A stretch of 64,000 bases of DNA from positions 512,001-576,000 of the forward strand of contig CAVVPN010000003.1 of NCBI GenBank assembly GCA_963750165.1. The letters run 5' to 3'. The position numbers were made by a program, and so were the translations under genes. The notes beneath the pieces are model-generated. The model was not told where the DNA came from. It saw only the letters and a program-made list of their open reading frames with translations, and searched no databases. Below, piece by piece: positions 10,223-19,416 of this stretch. This DNA comes from an uncultured Gemmataceae bacterium (lineage in GTDB: Bacteria > Planctomycetota > Planctomycetia > Gemmatales > Gemmataceae). How positions within the stretch are numbered: position 1 is the first letter of the stretch; each line of letters starts with the position of its first letter.

Positions 10223-12448
10223 TCAATTCTTGAACTTGTCCTTGCCAACGATCAGTTCGCCGACGGTCTTGGTGAACAGCCCCGGCGACTTGTAGCCGGA
10301 CATGCTCTGCAGCAGTTCGAAGCCCATCAGCACGACCAGGAACATGACAGCGACGCACGGCACCAGGAAGAGAACCGGCACGACGCCCCACCGCGCCGGC
10401 TTGATGATCCGCTCGCGGACCACCTCCCGCACCGGCGCGTCCGCCAGGTCGTCCTCCACGTCGATGTCGCCTTCGTCCGTGTCCACGTCGAGATCGCTGA
10501 AGCTGGCGCCGCTCTCGTCTTCCTCGTCGTCGGGCACCGTCTTGCGGGCCGCCTTTTTGGCCGGGGCCTTCCTGCGCGGCTGGTCGTCGTCCAGTTCCTC
10601 CTCGTCGAGGGCGACGACCTCGCTGCCGCTCTCCTCCTCGTCGGCGGTCTCCTCGTCCGCCCCGAGCACCAGGTCGAAGTCGGAAGTCTCCTCGTCCACG
10701 GCGACCGCTTCCGAGCCGGACTCCTCCTCCAGTTGCGGCACATCCAGGTTGTCGCCCTCGAAGATGTCCTGCTCGGCCGCCTCGGCCAGTTCGGGCTCCT
10801 CCGCCAGCGGCGACAGGCCGCCGCTGTCGTCGAGCGTCAACTCGAACTCGCTGTCCGAATCGGTCGGGCTGCCGTCTCCCTCCTCCAGCGTCAACTCGAA
10901 CTCGCTGGACGCCTCCGCGGCGGCGCTGCCGCCGCTGTCGTCGAGCGTCAGCTCGAACTCGCTGGACTCCTCCGCAGCGGCGCTGGTGCCACTGTCGTCG
11001 AGCGTCAACTCGAACTCGCTATCGCTGGGGGCCGCCGGGCCGGGCTTGGGGGTGGTCGAATCGGCGTCCAGGCTCAGCTCGAACTCGATCTCGTCGCTGC
11101 CGTCGCCGCCCTGCTCCAGCGAGATGCCGCTGTCGGCCGGGTTCTCCAGCGAGATGCCGCTGCGCGGGGCTTTCAGGTCCGCCGGCGGGCTCGCGCCCAG
11201 GTCCACGGAGCCGTCGTCGGGGATTTCCAGCGAGAAGTCGTCGCTGCCGGTGTCGAGCGGCGACGAGCTTTCGCCGGCGGGCGTCAGCTCGAAATCGCTG
11301 CTGCTGTCCTCCATGCTTTTCTCGGGCTGCCGGCTTTTCTCGGACTGCTGGGCCACCAGCGACGAGTCGTCGGGCTCGGGCAGGCCGATTTCCGGCTCCG
11401 ACAACTCGAACGGCGAAGTGGTCGGGAACTTGAGCTTGGAGGGGGGCTGCGACTTCTCGGACGGCAGCAGCCCAGCCTTTTGCCGCTCCTCGTCGAGGTT
11501 GATCTCCTCGGTAGCCATGCCCTCGTCGCCGTGGTACGGCGGCGCCATGTCGTGTTCCAGGCGGATGTCGCTGTCGGTGGCGGACGGCGGTGACTGCTTG
11601 CCCAGGGCGACATCGTCGCTGTCAGCGCCGACGATTTTCACGTCGCTGTCGCTGTCGGTGGTCACCAGGCGGGCGTCGCTGTCGGTGTGCTCGCTGGGCG
11701 GCAGGCCGGCGTCACGCTGCAGGTCGATGGTGGACTCCCGCTTGACGGGCGACGGCGGGCCGCCGCTGGGACGCGGTGTTGGCGGGCCGCCCAGGCCACT
11801 GCTGCGCGGGCCGAGCTTGCTGCTGCGCGGCGCCGGCGAGCGTGGGCTGGATTTGGGGCCGCCCATGCCGACATCACTGTCGCCGCCAGCGTCCAGCTCG
11901 AAGTTGATGTCGCTGCCGTCGGCGACCAGGCGGACATCGCTGTCGCTGCCCGGAGGGCCGGGCGGCGGCGATTTCGGGCCCTGGCTCACCGGGGCCGGGC
12001 TGCGCGGGCCGGTATGGACGGCGCTTTTGGGACCGCTTTTCAGCCCACTCCTGGTTCCGCTCTTCGGCCCGCTTTTGGGCGGGCTTTTGGGGCCGCCCAT
12101 GCCGACGCCGCTGGGCGCCTCGTTGAACATATCCGTGCCAACGCCGATGTCCTCGTCGTCGGAGGCCAGGTCAAAGCCGAAGACCTCTTCCTCGCGGCTC
12201 TTGACCGGCGCCTGAGGGGCGGGCGGTTCGGCCGGCGGTGACGCGGGGGTTTCGTCCTGGGGCAGGTCGTGGTCGCTGCCGATGCCACGGCGGCGGGCCA
12301 ACTCCTGAATGTCCTGGACGCGGAAGCGCCAGGTGCCGCGATCCTGGAAGGCGCGGATTTCGCCCTTGCGGGCCATTTGCTTCAGCTCGTCGGCCGGCAT
12401 GTGCAGCACCTTGGCGGCCTCGTCGAGCGTGTAATATCCTTGTGCCAT
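10223..12448 (-). CDS. Excisionase-like HTH protein with long acidic disordered region and C-terminal TM helix
   Basis: N-terminal YYTLDEAAKVL...IRAFQDRGTWRFR; SDSDVRL and SEFELTLDDSG repeats; C-terminal VPVLFLVPCVAVMFLVVLMGF. Confidence 0.8.
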   Translation of the reverse strand: MAQGYYTLDEAAKVLHMPADELKQMARKGEIRAFQDRGTWRFRVQDIQELARRRGIGSDHDLPQDETPASPPAEPPAPQAPVKSREEEVFGFDLASDDEDIGVGTDMFNEAPSGVGMGGPKSPPKSGPKSGTRSGLKSGPKSAVHTGPRSPAPVSQGPKSPPPGPPGSDSDVRLVADGSDINFELDAGGDSDVGMGGPKSSPRSPAPRSSKLGPRSSGLGGPPTPRPSGGPPSPVKRESTIDLQRDAGLPPSEHTDSDARLVTTDSDSDVKIVGADSDDVALGKQSPPSATDSDIRLEHDMAPPYHGDEGMATEEINLDEERQKAGLLPSEKSQPPSKLKFPTTSPFELSEPEIGLPEPDDSSLVAQQSEKSRQPEKSMEDSSSDFELTPAGESSSPLDTGSDDFSLEIPDDGSVDLGASPPADLKAPRSGISLENPADSGISLEQGGDGSDEIEFELSLDADSTTPKPGPAAPSDSEFELTLDDSGTSAAAEESSEFELTLDDSGGSAAAEASSEFELTLEEGDGSPTDSDSEFELTLDDSGGLSPLAEEPELAEAAEQDIFEGDNLDVPQLEEESGSEAVAVDEETSDFDLVLGADEETADEEESGSEVVALDEEELDDDQPRRKAPAKKAARKTVPDDEEDESGASFSDLDVDTDEGDIDVEDDLADAPVREVVRERIIKPARWGVVPVLFLVPCVAVMFLVVLMGFELLQSMSGYKSPGLFTKTVGELIVGKDKFKN

Positions 12449-12608
12449 GGCTTCGTCCCGTGAGTGCGCCGGCGGCGCGGCGGTTCAAGAAGGGTAGGGC
12501 GAGAGGTGCGCAAGGGCCGCGCGGGCCGCACTGTACCTTTATCGATTGTAAAGCGCCGGACCTTGAATGCAAGGGACTTTGCTTACTGCGGTGGGTGACC
12601 AGAAAAGA

Positions 12609-12754
12609 GAAACCACGGCATACACGGAAAACACGGAAAAAAACCAGAATATACAAGTGGCCCGGGTTGTGGCGCAGCGCGGGCGATCATTGGCTCTTCC
12701 CGATCATCTTTTTGCTGTCTTTTTTTCCGTGTTTTCCGTGTATGCCGTGGTTTC
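12609..12754. repeat. ~35-bp inverted repeat of 9-nt-period (ACACGGAAA) units
   Basis: Arms 12609-12643 and 12720-12754. Confidence 0.85.
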
Positions 12755-14009
12755 AAACCGCGTTCAGGTTGCCCGCGGCGTCGAAGGTCAGCGGCTGCGC
12801 GGCGCCGAGAACGTCGAACGGCACCGGCCCACGCGGCAACTCCAGACACGGCTCCGACACCTCCAGTTCCTGCACGGACAACGTATTCTTGATGTGCAGG
12901 ATGCGCGCCTCTTCCGGCTCACGCGCACCGATGATCTTCAGTGCCGCGTCGATTACCTCGCGGTCGGTGTCGAAATGGACCGGCAGGTTGGCGCCCTCGG
13001 GATAGCCGGAGGTCAGGCAGTTGATGGTCGTGGCGCGGTAGTCCATCGCCTTGACCAGCCGCGTCGTTGTGAAGTCGGCGAAGCCGATGCCGGTGGCGTT
13101 GCCGTGCGTTTTGTGCGACAGCTCGCGCACGAAGATGAAGCGCATCTGCGGCTGGCCGCTGGGAGCGCCGCCCTTGAAGGCACGCTTGCGACCGACCACG
13201 TTCGTGTCCATGCCGGAGCCGCTGATCTCCTTGCCAATCTCGTCGATGATGAGCAGGTCCGCCTCCTGGTACGGCAGCCGCGCCAGCCATTGTTTCGCCA
13301 GCGCCAGCAGGTGTTCCTCGCGCGGCTCGAAGTCCGCGGGCGCGACCGCCTCGACCGCCGCCGTCTCGTCGAAGGCGTTCTCCACCAGGCCGAGGCCGAA
13401 CGCGATCCGCGCCTTCTCCCGCATGGTGCGGCCAACCGCGCGCACCACCTGGTCGTAAGGGTGTTCGAGCAGCAGACGGTGATAGTGGGCGGCGCCGACG
13501 TGCTTGCCCAGGCCGATCATCATCATCTTGAGCAGGCCGCTCTCGACGGGGCCGTGGTAGCTGGTGTGCGGCTTGACCCGGGCGACGACGCCGATGTGGT
13601 CCGCCTCGGAGGCGTGTTTGTCCAGGTAAACGGGGAAGCCCTCGGCGGTGTGGCCGAGCGTGACGACCTCCATCGCCGCGCAAATCGGAGCGCCGACGTA
13701 GGTTTCGGTGATGCCGTAGCTCTCGATGAGCTTGCGCTGGCCCTCGGCGGTGCCGCCGCCGTGGCTGCCCATCGCCGGCACCAGAAACGGCCGGGCGCCG
13801 AGGTCCTTCAGGAAACTGACGGTGGTCTTGAGCACCAGCGGAATGTTGGCGATGCCACGACTGCCGGCGGTCAGCGCCACGCTCTGGCCGGGCTTGATCG
13901 TGCGGCCGAGGTCGAGCTTTGCCAGCGTCGCCCGCACGGCGGCGGCGACGTTCTCCAGTTTGTTGTTCTCGAAGCGCTGACGCAGACGCAGCATCTTGGG
14001 GTAGGCCAC
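12753..14009 (-). CDS. Lactate racemase (LarA/DUF2088)-like domain protein
   Basis: TAGSRGIANI, PAMGSHGGGTAEGQ, RVKPHT, ESGLLKMMMIGLGKH, IGKEISGSGMDTNV. Confidence 0.75.
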   Translation of the reverse strand: MAYPKMLRLRQRFENNKLENVAAAVRATLAKLDLGRTIKPGQSVALTAGSRGIANIPLVLKTTVSFLKDLGARPFLVPAMGSHGGGTAEGQRKLIESYGITETYVGAPICAAMEVVTLGHTAEGFPVYLDKHASEADHIGVVARVKPHTSYHGPVESGLLKMMMIGLGKHVGAAHYHRLLLEHPYDQVVRAVGRTMREKARIAFGLGLVENAFDETAAVEAVAPADFEPREEHLLALAKQWLARLPYQEADLLIIDEIGKEISGSGMDTNVVGRKRAFKGGAPSGQPQMRFIFVRELSHKTHGNATGIGFADFTTTRLVKAMDYRATTINCLTSGYPEGANLPVHFDTDREVIDAALKIIGAREPEEARILHIKNTLSVQELEVSEPCLELPRGPVPFDVLGAAQPLTFDAAGNLNAV

Positions 14010-14180
14010 GGTTCACCCTGGGTTGAGGAGGGCTGGTGGGAAGTCACAAAGGGGATATTTTAGCAGAAACCACCCGCGCCAGTAGAAGTGAAAATTAAAA
14101 AGAGCAGCCTGCCTTGACGCGGTCGGCAGCTATGGGTAGCGTCCCGCCGCGATTTCGCTCCCTCAGCCCGCAAGAAGGAG

Positions 14181-14942
14181 GTGCCTGGTATGCAAAAGCG
14201 CTGGCAAATGCTGGCGGTGGGCCTGCTGGCCCTGACCACCGCCCCGGTGAGCGCCGGCCTGCGTGAACTCTCCACCGTGGAGGCCGCGGTCGGCGTGCTA
14301 AAAACGCTCGCCGCCGACCCGCACAAGAGCATCCCGCCGGAGGTGATGCGGGAGGCGCGGGGCGTGGTCATCATCCCCCATGTCGTCAAGGCGGGGTTGA
14401 TCGTGGACCGGCGGTTCGGCCGCGGCGTGCTCTTGACGCGCCGGCCGGACGGCAGTTGGAGCCACCCGGTCTTCGTTACGCTGGACGGCCACGGCATTGG
14501 TCTGGAGGCCGGCGTCGAGGCGACCGATCTGGTGCTGGTGTTCCGCACCGAGAAGAGCCTGGAACACATTCTGCAGGGCAAGGGCCAGGTGACGCTCGGC
14601 AACGACATCGCCATCGCGGCGGGGCCGTTCGGCAAGGAACTGGAAGGTGCGGCGACGCTGCGAGCGAAAGCCGAGGTCTTCGCCTACGGGCGCAGCCGTG
14701 GGCTGTTCGCCGGCGTATCGCTGGAGGGCGACTGTGTGCATAGCGATACCCAGGCCAACGAGGAGTTTTACCACATCCGCGGCTGCCAGCCGGGACACAT
14801 TCTGGCGCTTACTGGTCGGTCCACGGTGGCGGCGGTGGAGCAGCTCAAGGAGCAGGTGGGCCATATGAGCGCACCACTTCCCGTCCATGTCGTGCCGCCA
14901 CTTGCACCGGGCGTCCATCTCGTTCCGGTTCCCAGACGGTAA
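14181..14942 (+). CDS. SYLF/Ysc84 lipid-binding domain protein
   Basis: IIPHVVKAGL, WSHPVFVTL, DLVLVF, YGRSRGLFAGVSLEG. Confidence 0.88.
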   Translation: MPGMQKRWQMLAVGLLALTTAPVSAGLRELSTVEAAVGVLKTLAADPHKSIPPEVMREARGVVIIPHVVKAGLIVDRRFGRGVLLTRRPDGSWSHPVFVTLDGHGIGLEAGVEATDLVLVFRTEKSLEHILQGKGQVTLGNDIAIAAGPFGKELEGAATLRAKAEVFAYGRSRGLFAGVSLEGDCVHSDTQANEEFYHIRGCQPGHILALTGRSTVAAVEQLKEQVGHMSAPLPVHVVPPLAPGVHLVPVPRR

Positions 14943-15097
14943 TCCGCGGCAGCGGCGATGTGGTCTTCACCGTGGAGCCGCGAGCGAAGAAGTAAAAGAA
15001 TTAGAGTCGTCATGAACTGAAGTTCACCCAGAGTTCATGAAAATTGGCCGCTACTACTGAACGTACCATCAGGAATGCGGCCTATTCACAGAGCAGT

Positions 15098-15325
15098 GGT
15101 CATGTGGCTGCGCGACTCCCTGAAACGATGAAAATGGGGTCAGCGCCGGCTATGTTGTCTGTAGCTTTGCTCTGGATGAAGGCCGATTGTCGCTTGGTGC
15201 TTCGAGCCCGCAGAGCCGTGTGGCCTGGACATCGCCACGAACCCGAAACTGTCGCCCCGACCGTCGGGGAGCACGCAGGGTAGATTGGTGCTTTTTGCGA
15301 TGTCCTCCGGGGCAGAGCCGAATCC
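15098..15325 (+). ncRNA. Candidate IS110 bridge-RNA region
   Basis: Non-coding left end with several hairpins and short matches to the inferred target and donor; boundaries are approximate. Confidence 0.5.
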
Positions 15326-15335
15326 GGAGGCTGCC

Positions 15336-16574
15336 CTGGACATTCTCTACCGTTGTTGTGCCGGACTGGACGTTCACAAGAAGACCGTGGTCGCCTGCGT
15401 GCGCCGGGTCGATGGGGCCGGGGCAGCGTCTCAGGAGATCCGCACCTTCGGGACCATGACCTGCGATCTGCTGGTCTTGTCCGATTGGCTGGCCGAGCAG
15501 GGCGTGGAACAAGTGGCCATGGAATCGACCGGCGTTTACTGGAAGCCCGTGTTCAACCTCTTGGAAAGCCGCTTCGCCGTACTGCTGGTCAACGCCCAGC
15601 ACAGCAAGCAGGTGCCCGGGCGCAAGACGGACGTCAAGGATTGTGCCTGGATCGCGCAGTTGCTGCAACATGGTCTGCTCCGCGCCAGTTTCGTGCCCCC
15701 GCCGCCGATCCGGGAGTTGCGCGACCTGACGCGGCAACGTGCCCAGTTGGTCGTCGAGAAGGCCACCGCAGCCAACCGCATCCAGAAGGTGCTGGAGGAC
15801 GCCAACATCAAGCTGGCCTCGGTCGCCACGGACGTGCTGGGGGTTTCCGGCCGGGACATGCTGGAAGCGCTCATCGCCGGTGAGGACGCTGCGGAGAAGC
15901 TGGCCGACAAGGTGCGCAAGCGGCTGCGCAACCAGATCCCTGCCCTGCAGAGCGCCCTGCGCGGGCGCGTGACCGCGCATCATCGCTTCCAGCTGCGGTT
16001 GCTGCTGGATCACGTGACGCATCTGGAGGAACTGATCGGCCGGCTGGGGAGCCGGATCCAGGAGGTGATGGCCCCTTTTGCCGAGGCGGTGGCGCGGCTG
16101 ACGACGATCCCGGGGGTGGAGCAACGCGCGGCGGAGACCGTGATCGCGGAGATCGGACCGAACCTGGAGCAGTTCCCCAGCGCCGACCATTTGGCGTCGT
16201 GGGCGGGGATGTGCCCAGGGAATAACGAGAGCGCCGGCAAGCGTCAGAGCGGCCGGACGACCAAGGGGAGTCGGTGGCTGCGGCAGATGCTGACGCAAGC
16301 GGCCTGGGCGGCCAGCCACACGAAGGACACGTATGTGGCGGCGCAGTACCGGCGGCTGGCGGCGCGTCGGGGCAAGAAGCGTGCGTTGGTGGCCTTGGGT
16401 CACACGCTCTTGGTGATCATATACCACCTGCTGAAGCAGCGAACGACCTACCAGGAGTTGGGCGGAGACTTCCTGGAGCGCTTGGAGCCGGACCGGCAGA
16501 CCCGGCAACTGGTCAAACGACTGGAGAAGTTGGGCCATAACGTCATCCTACAACCAAAAGACGATGCCGCCTAA
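15336..16574 (+). CDS. IS110 transposase (DEDD recombinase)
   Basis: GLDVHK, MESTGVYW, KTDVKD, LASWAGMCPGNNESAGK; start placed at CTG, 5 nt after GGAGG. Confidence 0.95.
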   Translation: MDILYRCCAGLDVHKKTVVACVRRVDGAGAASQEIRTFGTMTCDLLVLSDWLAEQGVEQVAMESTGVYWKPVFNLLESRFAVLLVNAQHSKQVPGRKTDVKDCAWIAQLLQHGLLRASFVPPPPIRELRDLTRQRAQLVVEKATAANRIQKVLEDANIKLASVATDVLGVSGRDMLEALIAGEDAAEKLADKVRKRLRNQIPALQSALRGRVTAHHRFQLRLLLDHVTHLEELIGRLGSRIQEVMAPFAEAVARLTTIPGVEQRAAETVIAEIGPNLEQFPSADHLASWAGMCPGNNESAGKRQSGRTTKGSRWLRQMLTQAAWAASHTKDTYVAAQYRRLAARRGKKRALVALGHTLLVIIYHLLKQRTTYQELGGDFLERLEPDRQTRQLVKRLEKLGHNVILQPKDDAA

Positions 16575-16613
16575 CTGGTTATTTTCAGGGTAGCAGTTCC
16601 CAGTCGCGTGGAC

Positions 16614-16688
16614 CACAAGTCGTGGGACGGCTCTCCAGAGCCGTCGGGAGAACGCTGACGGCTCTGGAGAGCCGTCCCACGACTTGTG
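16614..16688. repeat. REP doublet: perfect 32-bp inverted repeat whose arms are themselves hairpins
   Basis: CACAAGTCGTGGGACGGCTCTCCAGAGCCGTC (16614-16645) and its reverse complement (16657-16688). Confidence 0.88.
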
Positions 16689-16711
16689 CGCTACCCAAAC
16701 GCGAACCGCTC

Positions 16712-16768
16712 TAGTTAACAGGGTTCGAGCACTGGGATTTCCGCCCAGCGCTCGAACCCTGTTAACTA
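16712..16768 (-). terminator. 19-bp inverted repeat downstream of the Cys/Met-rich gene
   Basis: TAGTTAACAGGGTTCGAGC / GCTCGAACCCTGTTAACTA. Confidence 0.6.
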
Positions 16769-16791
16769 ATGCCTGATGCCTAACGCCGAGA

Positions 16792-17253
16792 TCAGCAGCA
16801 GCAGACGGGCATGCCGTTCATCATGACGCAGCAGGTGCAGCCGGCGGTCACCATGGCGCTCATGCAGTCGCAGCAGGACTGAATCATGGCGCTGCAGTCC
16901 TTGTCGCCGCTGGTGCAGGTGATGCACACGCCGTCCTTGGTCATCTCGCACTTGCACATGCCCATCGTCAGGTTGCAGCAGCACATGACCATGCCGTTCA
17001 TCAGGCAGCAGCAGCTGCACATGGTGCCGGCCAGCGACGTACACAGGTTCTGCAGCGTGGTCGCGGCCATCTTGTCGTCACAGACGCACGTGACCTTCAT
17101 GCCGCCCGTGACCTTCTCGAACTTCATCTTGCAGCGCGGCATCATCGCCACGTTCATGGGCATCATGCCCGGCATGGGCGTGCCCATGGTCGGCGTCATC
17201 ATGCCGGGCATGCCCATGCCCAGGTTCGTCGGGTTCGTCATTGTGTTCATCAT
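16792..17253 (-). CDS. Cys/Met-rich small protein (metallothionein-like composition)
   Basis: AGGAG RBS before ATG 17253; ~153 aa with about 25 Cys and 30 Met by hand count; two internal repeats ending MNGMxxCCC. Confidence 0.75.
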   Translation of the reverse strand: MMNTMTNPTNLGMGMPGMMTPTMGTPMPGMMPMNVAMMPRCKMKFEKVTGGMKVTCVCDDKMAATTLQNLCTSLAGTMCSCCCLMNGMVMCCCNLTMGMCKCEMTKDGVCITCTSGDKDCSAMIQSCCDCMSAMVTAGCTCCVMMNGMPVCCC

Positions 17254-17409
17254 GATCCACTGTCTCCTTGACCAGAAAGCTCCCCACCGGGCGGCCAATC
17301 CGCTGACCGCTCCTCGGGTGGGAAAGCATGACGTGCAGGGGATAGCATACCCTTTTCGGCGCCGTTGGCAATCGTTGCGCAACTTGTGCAGGCTGACCGC
17401 CCGCCCTGG

Positions 17410-18071
17410 TCACTTCAGTTCCTTGAAGCGGACGTTGCGGAACTCCACGCGGTCGGTGTGGCTTTGCAGGCCGATGTGGCCGGTCGTGCGGGCCAACCCG
17501 GGATGCTCCTTCGCCACGGCCGGATCGCGCAGGTACCAGTTCAGGTCAGCGTCCACGACGGTCTTGCCATTGAGGAGCACGGTCACGCGGCGGCCGTAGG
17601 CGCGGACGGTCAGGTCGTTCCACTGGCCGGCGGCCTTGCCGGCGCGGCGTGTCGGCGGCACCACATGATAGATCGAGCCGGTGTACTGGTAAAAGTCGAT
17701 CTTCGCGTAACTGGGATGGTTATCATCCAGGATCTGAATTTCCATGCCGACGCGGCTGATGTGGCCTTCTTTCGCGCGCGGAGGTAGACGCCGCTGTTGC
17801 CGCCGGGCTTCAGGCGGTACTGGAGCCGCAACTCGAAGTTGGCGTACTCGCGCTCGGTGCCCAGCCAACCGCCGCCCGCGCCCGCGCAGACGACCAGATC
17901 GCCCTCGATCTTCCAAACGTCCTTCTTGCCGGCGAACTGTTTCCAGCCGGTCAGATCACGGCCGTTGAACAGCGGCTTGAAGCCGTCCGCTTTTTCCTGG
18001 TCGTCCTGCGGCGCAGCCGCCAGCGGGGTTAGGAAAAGCAGCGCCGCCAGCGGGGAGAGGAGTCGGTGCAT
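17410..18071 (-). CDS. DUF1080 / 3-keto-disaccharide hydrolase family (apparent frameshift ~17775)
   Basis: FKPLFNGRDLTGW, GNSGVYLR, MEIQILDD, GHIGLQSH, VEFRNV. Confidence 0.88.
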
Positions 18072-18109
18072 GGAGCGTCTCGATGATGAAGTGGGGGTCG
18101 GACCTTCGG

Positions 18110-18325
18110 TTACTGCCGCTGGCACCACGGTGCGCCGCATGGTGGGCCACTGCCCTCGCAGCGCAGCGGCAGACCGGCGCCGCTCGCGGCCGGCTTCGCC
18201 GGAGCGCTCAGCAACCGCTCCAGCCGGGCGCTGCGGCACGACGGGCACGTCACCGCCTCGTCGCCGAACACCAGTTCCTCAAAGGCGTGCTGACACTCCT
18301 GACAGACGTACTCGAATAGCGGCAT
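18110..18325 (-). CDS. FmdB-family zinc-ribbon protein
   Basis: MPLFEYVCQECQHAFEELV...CPSC. Confidence 0.88.
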   Translation of the reverse strand: MPLFEYVCQECQHAFEELVFGDEAVTCPSCRSARLERLLSAPAKPAASGAGLPLRCEGSGPPCGAPWCQRQ

Positions 18326-18349
18326 CGCTGGCTCCTCTGGCTCCCCACG

Positions 18350-19300
18350 TCACGAGCGCCGGCGACGGTACATGTCGCTGGCGCGCTGCAAAATCTGCTT
18401 TTCGCTCTCGGTCAAACTTTCCTGGCCGTAGCGTGCGACCTTCTCCAGAACCGCGTCCAGCTTGGCCTCGAGTTGCTCGTCCATGTCACCAGAGACCGGC
18501 GGTGGGCCAGCCGCGACGCGCTGCCGCACCTCCTCCTCGCCGCGGAAGACGCGCAACTTCGGCCGCGACCGCGCCCGCTTCCACGCCCGAAAATCGGGAA
18601 CCCATGACAGCAGGTGCCAGTGTGCCTTGTAGTACGCGAAGGCGAAGCCCGCCCCGGCCAGGTGGACCACCACCGCCGTGCCCGTCTTGATGCCGCCGAC
18701 GAACACGAAGGCGTCCTGCGCCACCTGGAACACCACGAACAACCAGATCGGCACCGGCAGTATGAAAAAGAGCAGGATGACGCGGCGCGGAAAGTGACAG
18801 GCGCATAGCACCATGACCGCCGTCACCGCGCCGGACGCCCCCAGGCAGTACGTCGAATGCGGTTGACCGCCCAGCAGCCAGCCGGGAGTACGGCCGTCGC
18901 CGGTCAGCAGCCACAGCGCTTCAAAGGCCACGCCGCCGGCCACCGCCGACACCAGGTAGATCGCCAGGAACTCCTTCGGCCCGTACAACGTTTCGATGTC
19001 GTTGCCGAACCACCAGAGAAAGAGCATGTTGAAGACGATGTGCCAGATGGTGTGGGTGTCGTGCAGGAAGGCATAGGTCAGCAGCCGCCACACCTCGCCG
19101 TGCATGACGCGCGCGGTGTCGAGGACGAACAGGTCCGTGACCAGGCCGAAGCTGGTCCGCGTCATCGGCGTCAGCAGCTGGGCGATGAACAGGGCGACGT
19201 TGATCGCCAGCAGCCATTTGATGACCTGACCCTGCATCCCGATCGCATACAGGAAGCTGGGCCCTTCGCGGCGGTAATACTCACGGTCGTAAATCCCCAT
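18350..19300 (-). CDS. Rhomboid intramembrane serine protease with C-terminal helical domain
   Basis: WRLLTYAFLH, HIVFNM, GASG, HLAGA; C-terminal LDAVLEKVARYGQESLT. Confidence 0.92.
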   Translation of the reverse strand: MGIYDREYYRREGPSFLYAIGMQGQVIKWLLAINVALFIAQLLTPMTRTSFGLVTDLFVLDTARVMHGEVWRLLTYAFLHDTHTIWHIVFNMLFLWWFGNDIETLYGPKEFLAIYLVSAVAGGVAFEALWLLTGDGRTPGWLLGGQPHSTYCLGASGAVTAVMVLCACHFPRRVILLFFILPVPIWLFVVFQVAQDAFVFVGGIKTGTAVVVHLAGAGFAFAYYKAHWHLLSWVPDFRAWKRARSRPKLRVFRGEEEVRQRVAAGPPPVSGDMDEQLEAKLDAVLEKVARYGQESLTESEKQILQRASDMYRRRRS

Positions 19301-19321
19301 GACCGCCCATCCCCTCCGCAA

Positions 19322-19405
19322 GATTGCAGATTGCTAATCGCAGATGGCAAATTGAAAGACAGACAGGTTGTTGGTTTGTCAATTTGCAATCTGCAATTTG
19401 CAATC
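19322..19405. repeat. Inverted degenerate heptamer arrays (ATTGCAR)n ... (YTGCAAT)n
   Basis: AT-rich intergenic stretch read directly from the sequence. Confidence 0.65.
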
Positions 19406-19416
19406 GAATTTCCGGT

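Larger units (their letters stand above)
15092..16597 (+). mobile_element. IS110-family insertion sequence (copy A)
   Basis: Transposase with a ~240-nt non-coding left end; AGCAGT is present at both inferred junctions (15092-15097 and 16592-16597). Confidence 0.75.

Noticed and set aside
10302..12215. 637-aa Ser-rich + strand ORF and other long antisense ORFs (e.g. 2144-3934, 57519-59828)
   Set aside because: They are shadow frames of real high-GC genes on the opposite strand.
6454..19405. CRISPR array
   Set aside because: There is no series of identical 23-47-nt repeats with unique spacers and no cas genes; the repeats are inverted pairs.
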